NCBI GenBank assembly: GCA_965230955.1
Contig: OZ246404.1
Span: forward strand, 988,291-1,052,290
From: an uncultured Candidatus Saccharibacteria bacterium
Lineage (GTDB): Bacteria > Patescibacteriota > CALEFQ01
Direction: 5' to 3'
DNA length: 64,000 nt
Shown here: in pieces, positions 38,301-45,713 of the stretch
Layout of the letters: each line of letters starts with the position of its first letter
How positions within the stretch are numbered: position 1 is the stretch's first letter
Translations under genes and position numbers: made by a program
Notes under the pieces: model-generated
The model's input: the letters and a program-made list of their open reading frames with translations, nothing else
Told to the model about the DNA's origin: nothing
Database searches by the model: none

Positions 38301-41300
38301 CCGCCGTAATTTGTACCGGCCGCTCCGGTGATCACTGACGCCAGGATGCCGTAATCATCTCCGCTACCGCCGGCATTGAGCTCGAAATATCCGCCGTAGT
38401 TGGCGTCAGTATTGCCGGCATTATCGATGTAGCCAAAAACACCGTAGTCGCTACTGTCGCCGGCCACCCCGATGATACTGAAATACCCGCCATAGTTACC
38501 TGAAACTGACGTGCCGGGATCGTTCAATAACGCATAGACGCCATAATCATTCAATGTTCCTCCGCCATCGACAGTAAATCGACCGCCCGAATTTGAATTC
38601 GCTCCTTGCGCCGCCCCCGCCACTCCGACCGATTCATCCCCGCCGTTTGGCAAAGCCACGTTTCCATAAATACCATAGGCGGTGAGACTTTGTCCGTTGG
38701 CGTTAAAAGTATTCGTCGCGTAGATCGAGTAATTGATAGAGGCTTCAAAAGCACCGGTACCACTGAAAGAATTATAGAAACCGTATTGACTGACTTCATG
38801 TGATCCGGAAACCGTTGTCGCCATATACATACCGCGCGCGCCATTGACCGTCGCTCCCAAGGTCGCTTCTCCGTGAAAAGCTTCGTTGTAATTGGTCGCC
38901 CCGCTCGCCGAAGCGTAAATAGCATAATTATTATAAGTATTGGTCGATCCGTCCGCCACGGAATAAATCCCATACGCCGTCGGGACAGCAGTGCCATCGG
39001 CACCGGTAGTTCTATTTCGAACATACAAACCAGTCGTCGTCGCCGTGGCTCCACTCGCGACACTTCCGCCGAAAGAATCGTAAATTCCGTATTGAGTCAA
39101 TCCGTTATTAATTCCATCGTTGGAAGTGGTACTGAAATAATAGCCTTGGACATCACCCAATGTCGCCGACAGCGCGGCGCTTCCGTGGAAAGCTTCATTA
39201 ATTCCGGCGGTACTCCCGGAAACAGTCGTGTGAATCCCGTAATTAGCCGTACCGTTGCCGCTGACTGTAAATTGCCCGCCATAATTATATACGGCATTCG
39301 CCACCACGGCGTTAACACCGTAATTAGTCGACTCACCGGCAACTGCGTTTGAAATATTTAAATACACGCCATTGTTCACCGTCGATGCGCCGGTCAAACT
39401 GATATAATTACCGTAAATTGTACCCGTCGCCCCGGTCATCGCCGTGTAGACGCCGTAACCGTTGTTCGACGCGTTGGCGATATTGAGCGAGCGTCCCGCC
39501 GTCGGCGTCGTGCCGATACTCATGATCCCGGAAGCGACCGAAACATTGTTAGAGTAAGTAGAATTTGGATAGAGGTAATCGCTCCCGACATCGTCCAGCC
39601 ACAAACCGGTTCCGCCGGAAGCCAGCGAGATCAAAGCGTCTATCACGCCTCGATCCGCCGCTCCAAACGCCGCTTCAAACGCCGCGGTGTTGTCGGTCAG
39701 GGCAAACGGAATCGCGGTCGTGATTAGCGCGTCTTGGAAATATATTTTGTCGGTGGAAAGTAATGTTATGTCATTCGTCGCTCCGGTGGAGCCGATAGTC
39801 AGTCCCGCCGTGGCGGTGATATTTGTCCCGACGCCGGTGATATTTTGTGAACCCATGGTCAAGGCGGCGTTGGTAATATCGAGACCGTTTTCCGCGTCAA
39901 CATTGCCGGTGAAATTCGCCGTGCCGTCAACGTACAATTCATCGCTCGTCGCTCCGCTGGCGATATAGACGCCGTATGTCGTACCGGAGAAATATCCGCC
40001 GTAATTTGTCGTCGCGCCGCTCGCCGTCGAATACAAACCGTAGTTCGTCGTCGACGCGCCCGTCGCTTCCAGGTACCCGCCATAATTGGCGTCACCTGTT
40101 CCGGTCACGCTCAGCACTCCGCCGTAATTAGTACCGGTGCCGGCATTATTGTTTCGAACTCTTATGCCCCAATCCACTCCCGCTGTACCGGTTCCAATAC
40201 TGACATCTAATCCGGTATTTGTATCACTTCCACTTCCGTCAGTCAGAAAAACAGTGGCTCCGTAATTATTACCACCGCCGGCTGTAGAAATACCCAAGAT
40301 AGCTCCATAATCATCGCCAGCATTACCGACCTGGACGCGTCCGTAAATTCCGACATCACTGCCGGCGCCGCCCGTCCCAACATCAAAGTAACCGGCATAA
40401 TTAGACGTAGCTCCAGTGGCCACTATATATGATCCGTAATTAGTGGTAGCTGCGCCGGACACGCTCACTTCCATGCCATAATTTGTCGTCGACGCGCCGG
40501 TGGCTGAAATATATTGACCATGAATTGTACCAGTCGCTCCGGTCATTGCCGTGTAGACGCCGTAACCGTTGTTCGACGCGTTGGCGATATTGAGCGAGCG
40601 TCCCGCCGTCGGCGTCGTGCCGATACTCATGATCCCGGAAGCGACCGAAACATTGTTAGAGTAAGTAGAATTTGGATAGAGGTAATCGCTCCCGACATCG
40701 TCCAGCCACAAACCGGTTCCGCCGGAAGCCAGCGAGATCAAAGCGTCTATCACGCCTCGATCCGCCGCTCCAAACGCCGCTTCAAACGCCGCGGTGTTGT
40801 CGGTCAGGGCAAACGGAATCGCGGTCGTGATTAGCGCGTCTTGGAAATATATTTTGTCGGTGGAAAGTAATGTTATGTCATTCGTCGCTCCGGTGGAGCC
40901 GATAGTCAGTCCCGCCGTGGCGGTGATATTTGTCCCGACGCCGGTGATATTTTGTGAACCCATGGTCAAGGCGGCGTTGGTAATATCGAGACCGTTTTCC
41001 GCGTCAACATTGCCGGTGAAATTCGCCGTGCCGTCAACGTACAATTCATCGCTCGTCGCTCCGCTGGCGATATAGACGCCGTATGTCGTACCGGAGAAAT
41101 ATCCGCCGTAATTTGTCGTCGCGCCGCTCGCCGTCGAATACAAACCGTAGTTCGTCGTCGACGCGCCACTGACTGAAATATAATTTCCATAAATAGTTCC
41201 GACCGTCCCGGTCATCGCCGTATAGACACCGTAACCGTTGTCGGCCGCGTTGGCGATATTGAGAGAGCGAGCACTGCTCGGCGCCACGCCGATTCCCACC

Positions 41301-42619
41301 ACCCCGCCGTTGGCATAAATATTTCCGCCGGTAAATTCCCAGCGGTCATCGGTGGTATAAGTGACTGATCCGGTCGCATCATTGGAGGCATACATATTGA
41401 GGATCGCATTGGTCGCCGCGCCGGCCGAGCCCTCACCGATCCGCACCGTGTTTAAATTTTCATCAACGGAAAAAGGCGCGACCAAACTATTCGCGCCGAT
41501 AGCAAAATCATCGGTCAGGGTATAGGGATGAATAATTATCCCCGTTTGCTCCCAGAGAAAAGGCTGATAAGAAATATCCGTGCCGTCGGACATCAAAACG
41601 GTATTGGCTAATCCGGCGCCGAGCCGGGTCGTGGTATTGGCGGCATTGCGGTAAATAATATCGCCGCGGGTTGTCATCGGATCCAGGAAACCGGAACTTT
41701 GGTTTTGCCAAGTGACATTGCCGCTGCCGTCGGTAATCAAAATCTGATTATTCGATCCCCGGGTGGTGGGAAAAGTATACGACGTCACACCAGTGCCAAA
41801 AGTGACTGCCCCAATCAAGTTTGTCGTATTGGAAACCGAAAGCGTGCTGGATAAATCAGTCGCGCCGGTCACGCCCAGGGTTGAAGACAAGGTAGCCGCT
41901 CCGGTCACGATGAGAGTGGAAGATAACGTGGTCGCGCCGGTAACGCCCAAAGTGGAGTCGAATGAAACCGCCCCGCTGACATGTAATCTCCCGTTCGGGA
42001 TCGAGACATCTTGCGATACCCCGGCTTTGGGATGTAAATTTCCGCTGCTATCTTCCCACATCCCGGCCGCCGGTATCGCCGTAGTATTTAAATAATTTAG
42101 CGCGTCGAGAATACCTCTTTCCGCCACCGGGAAAGAATCAATATTCGTATCAGTCAACGAGCCCGGCACGCCATAGACTCTTTCGGTATTCAGCGAATAA
42201 CCAACTCCGCCGATCCGACGCCGAGGCGACATTTCACCGTCGCCATTTACTTCGATCCCCAGATAATATACTCCGCTGTTGAAATCCAGATTGATCGCAT
42301 TGAGTGAGCCGAGATTAACATTGAAAACTCCGTCTTCCACCGTCACTTTGTTTCCGCCGATGTGATTCTCCGACCACATGGCTACCCCGCCTGAAGAAAC
42401 GTTGTAAATCCGAAAATTCATGTCATATACCCCATCGGTAACATTGGTACCGTCGGGATTGGTCAGCCGCCCCTGGAAATTAAACTCTTTAACATAGCCG
42501 GCGCGGACGTTTACCGGGGTATCAAAAAAGCCTACCAGTGAAAAAATCACCGCCAGAATAGCTAAAACTAGGGCTATAACGCCAAAAACTTGGCTTTTTG
42601 CCTTTTTTGTTTGAGCCAT
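35318..42619 (-). CDS. giant (2433 aa) membrane-anchored Thr/Ser/Gly/Asn/Tyr-rich surface protein with C-terminal tail-fibre-type intramolecular chaperone (peptidase S74) domain
   Basis: N-terminal signal-anchor helix; long NYGGYF/GATGT-type low-complexity beta repeats; C-terminus SSSLRYKNNVKNI...WLYQLRPVSFEYK...GLIAEEVQQVNPAYV matches the endosialidase/tail-fibre auto-cleaving chaperone domain. Confidence 0.7.
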   Translation of the reverse strand: MAQTKKAKSQVFGVIALVLAILAVIFSLVGFFDTPVNVRAGYVKEFNFQGRLTNPDGTNVTDGVYDMNFRIYNVSSGGVAMWSENHIGGNKVTVEDGVFNVNLGSLNAINLDFNSGVYYLGIEVNGDGEMSPRRRIGGVGYSLNTERVYGVPGSLTDTNIDSFPVAERGILDALNYLNTTAIPAAGMWEDSSGNLHPKAGVSQDVSIPNGRLHVSGAVSFDSTLGVTGATTLSSTLIVTGAATLSSTLGVTGATDLSSTLSVSNTTNLIGAVTFGTGVTSYTFPTTRGSNNQILITDGSGNVTWQNQSSGFLDPMTTRGDIIYRNAANTTTRLGAGLANTVLMSDGTDISYQPFLWEQTGIIIHPYTLTDDFAIGANSLVAPFSVDENLNTVRIGEGSAGAATNAILNMYASNDATGSVTYTTDDRWEFTGGNIYANGGVVGIGVAPSSARSLNIANAADNGYGVYTAMTGTVGTIYGNYISVSGASTTNYGLYSTASGATTNYGGYFSGTTYGVYIASGATSDELYVDGTANFTGNVDAENGLDITNAALTMGSQNITGVGTNITATAGLTIGSTGATNDITLLSTDKIYFQDALITTAIPFALTDNTAAFEAAFGAADRGVIDALISLASGGTGLWLDDVGSDYLYPNSTYSNNVSVASGIMSIGTTPTAGRSLNIANASNNGYGVYTAMTGATGTIHGQYISATGASTTNYGMEVSVSGAATTNYGSYIVATGATSNYAGYFDVGTGGAGSDVGIYGRVQVGNAGDDYGAILGISTAGGGNNYGATVFLTDGSGSDTNTGLDVSIGTGTAGVDWGIRVRNNNAGTGTNYGGVLSVTGTGDANYGGYLEATGASTTNYGLYSTASGATTNYGGYFSGTTYGVYIASGATSDELYVDGTANFTGNVDAENGLDITNAALTMGSQNITGVGTNITATAGLTIGSTGATNDITLLSTDKIYFQDALITTAIPFALTDNTAAFEAAFGAADRGVIDALISLASGGTGLWLDDVGSDYLYPNSTYSNNVSVASGIMSIGTTPTAGRSLNIANASNNGYGVYTAMTGATGTIYGNYISLTGASTVNNGVYLNISNAVAGESTNYGVNAVVANAVYNYGGQFTVSGNGTANYGIHTTVSGSTAGINEAFHGSAALSATLGDVQGYYFSTTSNDGINNGLTQYGIYDSFGGSVASGATATTTGLYVRNRTTGADGTAVPTAYGIYSVADGSTNTYNNYAIYASASGATNYNEAFHGEATLGATVNGARGMYMATTVSGSHEVSQYGFYNSFSGTGAFEASINYSIYATNTFNANGQSLTAYGIYGNVALPNGGDESVGVAGAAQGANSNSGGRFTVDGGGTLNDYGVYALLNDPGTSVSGNYGGYFSIIGVAGDSSDYGVFGYIDNAGNTDANYGGYFELNAGGSGDDYGILASVITGAAGTNYGGYFSVAGAAATDNYGVYGTASNTGTENYGVYGVSSGATGSNYGGRFNVTGAAGTDYAGFFQAGANAEYGLYVIGGTTQSIYADGDAFIVGGLGVGTAEATDGYLRASRAGIGVAANAAYGINVAEASADGRGINIEQTGATGTNYGIYLSVPGSATVNYGLYASIDRAATQYGVYGATSRSSVASYGVYGSGTGNATNYGIYGTASGGTTNWAGYFDSGNVNIVNTLFMGGVATIYTDRDADFRYIGVNIAHNATYPLYVSGDAYVTGGLGVGTAETTDGYLRATRGGFGVAANAAYGMNIADASASGRGINISETGASGTKYGVYSSVTGAGTSNTAVYATASGGTANYAGIFDGGYVGIGDTTPSYKLDLYDHASNLQYGAQFDFLSTYNAGDYQSALYAVNSSTLATADTIAGITGNSNGAGAAGYNTGVYGRASNNTNQNVAIYGSAESGSGSNWGGYFDVLSAVTGNKIGVQGNPGTANDGKSTIGVKAAMLTASVHTTYDTDEALGMSGYLGLDASLDYNGVYAENHAGKFILGNKDGYTLKDVTAGMDVLNVGFYNQGTVTTDSGTNFIAGVNGWVGGTAGDSYSNSDLYGVVGTQGGNITYNSTVHFNGIGGLVDQTSLGYNIGVVGLATGAALGNTGGTFLVTTGGAAADYGVSIDVNAAAAGNDMGLSIAVDEASNSGTDYVAWLDPEDYIEYGLYIDAGATVDSINSVGTYSDTVGVTNRDLYVDNAGTIGYVSSSLRYKNNVKNINNIAWLYQLRPVSFEYKKYPGAKQEGLIAEEVQQVNPAYVSYDAQGRPETVSYGNLVTPLIQSAKEQEAAIVDMNEEITNIKKQLETLTAGTGQSGALQAGQVVGDLGITGKVTIGGDIDIAGTLKASSLWSNNATWHIDSLGEAVFQKVTAGDIEIQEGENKAIGSVTLPGNKSEIFVPNNSVTAASRIFLTIESSNDANTGVKVKEKRAGQGFVISTNDGKPAPVDLPVNWLVIN
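39441..40060. repeat. perfect 620-bp direct repeat, copy 1 (inside the giant gene)
   Basis: Identical to 40548..41167 (offset 1107 bp); the tracked ORFs 39687..39968 and 40794..41075 are identical 93-aa products. Confidence 0.9.
40548..41167. repeat. perfect 620-bp direct repeat, copy 2
   Basis: See copy 1; flanks diverge at 39434/40541 and 40061/41168. Confidence 0.9.
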
Positions 42620-42679
42620 AATCTAAATATAGGCATATTACCAGGGCTCTTGCACCCGATAATCCACTTAATATTATAT

Positions 42680-42711
42680 CAAAAAACCGCCCAGATGAAA
42701 AGGGGGGCGGA
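42680..42711 (-). terminator. intrinsic terminator after the 774-aa gene
   Basis: CCGCCCAGATGAAAAGGGGGGCGG with a U-run on the minus strand. Confidence 0.5.
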
Positions 42712-42724
42712 GGTGTGGACAACA

Positions 42725-42800
42725 ATCAAGTAACAAGTATCAGGTAACAAATTGGAAAAACAACAATTTTGTTACTTGTTCCCTGTTACTTGTTACCTGG
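42725..42800. repeat. (GTAACAR)n inverted-repeat element
   Basis: Between the 774-aa gene and the giant gene. Confidence 0.8.
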
Positions 42801-42801
42801 T

Positions 42802-45126
42802 TTAAGAATCCGGGCCGCTTAAATCCTCTAAATTACGGTCTTTCTTCTCCTCCACTTTTTTGATCGTTTCCTGCATACCGGGAGTTTCAGGAGGAGGCGG
42901 CGGCGCAGCGTTTGGGGATGTCGGGGCATAGGGTAGCCCGGTGGCAGGATCCAGCGGAACATTGAAACGCACTACCCCATCGCGCTTAACGTTGAAATCT
43001 TCACCGCGATAGCGATTGAATCCTTTTTCAATTTTGGAAGGGAAAGCATACTGCTCGCGATCAACCGTCAGACGATAAGTTTCCGGCCCGACCAAGAAAC
43101 CAAATCGTCCGTGGCGATCGGTCACTTGCGTTTCCAGTAAATCATTGTACCGTCGATTAAATAATCTGACGACCGCCAGTCCCACCGGTTTCCCGGTCTT
43201 GGCATCATAAACCATGCCCCAGGGCTTGCTCTTTTGACCCTGAACGACCCGTCCGAAAAATATAAATAAAACGATATGAAGAATAAGGAAGATCATAGTA
43301 TAAATTGACGGGCTGATCCAAAGACACACCGCCGCGATAACCGGGCCGAGTATGGCCAAGATCAAATTGACCCGACGATGCAAGTAACGCAAGACCACAT
43401 TGCGATTGGTCATCGCCATATCTTGCTTGAGCATCGGATCTAAAGGCACGCTGACGGTAATAACAGTTTTACCGGAAGCGATTTCAATCGGCTCGCCGAA
43501 ATAAAGATCGTCATAGCCGGCATCGTGAGTTTTGCCCCGCATTTTTAGCGAGGGGAAGGCGAAGTTCGGCTTGGTGACCGTGATGCGGAATTTTCCTTCC
43601 TTGGTCAAAAAGGTAAATCGTCCCTGGCGATCAGTCACGCGAGTGCTGACCAATTTTCCCGTCTGCGCATCAAGCAAGCGTACCAGCGCCAGATCAACCG
43701 GAACTTTGGAAAGCGCATTATACACCACGCCCCAACAACGGCGGCGCCGTCCGGCAAAGAAGAGAAAAGGCTCGGTAAAAAGATACCAGAAAGACAGCAG
43801 GGCGGTACCGACATTGGCCATACCAGCCGCGGTCAGCAAGTTGGCGATCGCCAAAGCGGTCAGACCGGGAACGACAACCGACTGATTGATCAATTGAGTA
43901 ACCGGATTTTCTCTGAATAATTCGATATCCCGGAGCAAATCTCGCAGGGCGGTAATTATCAGTTCCGGAATCGTCAGGGGCGGATTCACCGGCGGGACAT
44001 CAATTCCCGGAATGGTGATCGTGGCCGGCAACGATAAATCGGTCGAAATATTATTACAGTTTCGCGCCATCACGTTATAAACATAAGTCTGGCCGGCCAC
44101 CAAACCATAGTGCGCCCGGCTTAACGCCGTCGACCAGTAAGAAGCGCCGCTGACCGATCCGTCGGGCTGTAAAAAAGCGCCGTTGACCAAAACCGCAAAT
44201 TCCGTCCCGGCCGGATTGCCGTTGGCCGCGATGGAAATTGTCGCCGTATATGTTCCGTCATCGGCGGCGACATAAGAGACACCGGGCTGACCCGGGACGT
44301 TCGCCAACGTACACCGCGTCAAGGTCGCCTCGGCGTTTTCTACGCCGCAAATATTTCGCTGTTTGGAATGCCAGGTATAAGCGGTGTTAAAATTTAATCC
44401 CGTGTCGCGCCAGCTGTTATCCCCGCTCTGCCAACCGGATTCGTTTACAACGCCGCGCCGGAAAAAATATCCGCTCAGCTCTATGCTATGCCGCGGAAAA
44501 ATCGGGACGGAGAGATCCATGTAATCCACTCCCGGACTGGCAAAAAGTCCCCGCGTTCCGACCAGAGTACAGCCGGAAGCAAAGCCGGAAGGGATACTGT
44601 TTCCGAAAGGATTAAAAGCCAAAACTTGTTCGGTGTATTTTTGGTTTTCATCCAGTCCGGTTTGGGTAATGGAGCTGATATTGGCTTGATTGACCACCTC
44701 AACGACGGTAGCCGAATCATCTTCCAGCAGGAAACCTTCTTCATCGGCCGACCGATCGGTAAAATTCCATTTTATAGCAGACGCGGACAAGCCTTCCGGT
44801 ATCCCGATTTCCGGCTTATTCGGCGGTTTGAAATAGAGATAACCGGCTTTGACGATATAATTGGGCGAGGTAAATTTTCCCGTGACAAAATAATTCAGCG
44901 CCTCATCGACCGAAAAATCTCCGGAATCAAGCTGACCGCCCGATTCATCGATATCTTCAACTTTCATCCGGTAATTCGGACTGGAATAACCGACGGCACC
45001 GGCTCGATCATTACTCCAAACAAAACCCAGGCTGACCGAAAGCAGGCAAATTAAAAAACCAATGCGCCACCAGCGGGCGAATGGATTTTTAATTCGCACC
45101 AGATTGTTTTTTTTATTTACCAACAC
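42802..45126 (-). CDS. membrane protein with two carboxypeptidase-regulatory-like (prealbumin-fold) domains and a Pro-rich C-terminus
   Basis: GTG start; N-terminal signal/TM; large extracytoplasmic domain; two repeats of GxVYxAxTGKPVxLAxVRL...TQVTDRxGRFxFL...YxxTVxKxxYAFPS, each following TM helices; PPPPPETP tail. Confidence 0.5.
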   Translation of the reverse strand: MLVNKKNNLVRIKNPFARWWRIGFLICLLSVSLGFVWSNDRAGAVGYSSPNYRMKVEDIDESGGQLDSGDFSVDEALNYFVTGKFTSPNYIVKAGYLYFKPPNKPEIGIPEGLSASAIKWNFTDRSADEEGFLLEDDSATVVEVVNQANISSITQTGLDENQKYTEQVLAFNPFGNSIPSGFASGCTLVGTRGLFASPGVDYMDLSVPIFPRHSIELSGYFFRRGVVNESGWQSGDNSWRDTGLNFNTAYTWHSKQRNICGVENAEATLTRCTLANVPGQPGVSYVAADDGTYTATISIAANGNPAGTEFAVLVNGAFLQPDGSVSGASYWSTALSRAHYGLVAGQTYVYNVMARNCNNISTDLSLPATITIPGIDVPPVNPPLTIPELIITALRDLLRDIELFRENPVTQLINQSVVVPGLTALAIANLLTAAGMANVGTALLSFWYLFTEPFLFFAGRRRRCWGVVYNALSKVPVDLALVRLLDAQTGKLVSTRVTDRQGRFTFLTKEGKFRITVTKPNFAFPSLKMRGKTHDAGYDDLYFGEPIEIASGKTVITVSVPLDPMLKQDMAMTNRNVVLRYLHRRVNLILAILGPVIAAVCLWISPSIYTMIFLILHIVLFIFFGRVVQGQKSKPWGMVYDAKTGKPVGLAVVRLFNRRYNDLLETQVTDRHGRFGFLVGPETYRLTVDREQYAFPSKIEKGFNRYRGEDFNVKRDGVVRFNVPLDPATGLPYAPTSPNAAPPPPPETPGMQETIKKVEEKKDRNLEDLSGPDS

Positions 45127-45272
45127 AAGAAAACGGATTTTATTCTCCGAACTCTAGCCTATTCATTATAACACGATTTTTGAAACTTGGCGATAAAACA
45201 GGGCGGCCACGCGGGGCCGCCCCTACTTCTATCTATTATCTTAAATCTTAATATCTTAACGTCTTAATTTTC

Positions 45273-45710
45273 TTAATATCTTATCTCTATCTCTCTCGTA
45301 TCGGCGTCGATAAACTTGAATCGCACCCAAATGCATTTTTCCGGCAAAATATCCGCGACCCGCTCGGCCCACTCAATGAACACGACCCCGGACGGATCCG
45401 CCAGCACTTCTTCCCACCCCAGCGCCAATATTTCGGCCGAACTTTTCACGCGATAAACATCAAGATGATAAATATTTTTGACTTTTGACTTTTGACTTTT
45501 GACTTTATATACCGCTTCCACCAAAAATGTCGGACTGGTTATTGCCTGCTCCACTCCCAATCCTCGCGCCAAACCTTTGATAAAAGTTGTTTTGCCGCCG
45601 CCCAAATCACCGCTCAAACACACGACTTCTCCGCCTTTTAGCCGCCGGGACAGCCATTCCCCCGCGGCTTCGGTTTCTCCGGCATTTTTAGTAATCAGCT
45701 TTTTGATCAT
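45273..45710 (-). CDS. tsaE: tRNA threonylcarbamoyladenosine biosynthesis ATPase TsaE
   Basis: P-loop GDLGGGKTTFIKGLARGLG; YHLDVYR motif; contains a repeat-encoded KVKSQKSKVKN insertion. Confidence 0.8.
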   Translation of the reverse strand: MIKKLITKNAGETEAAGEWLSRRLKGGEVVCLSGDLGGGKTTFIKGLARGLGVEQAITSPTFLVEAVYKVKSQKSKVKNIYHLDVYRVKSSAEILALGWEEVLADPSGVVFIEWAERVADILPEKCIWVRFKFIDADTREIEIRY

Positions 45711-45713
45711 AGT

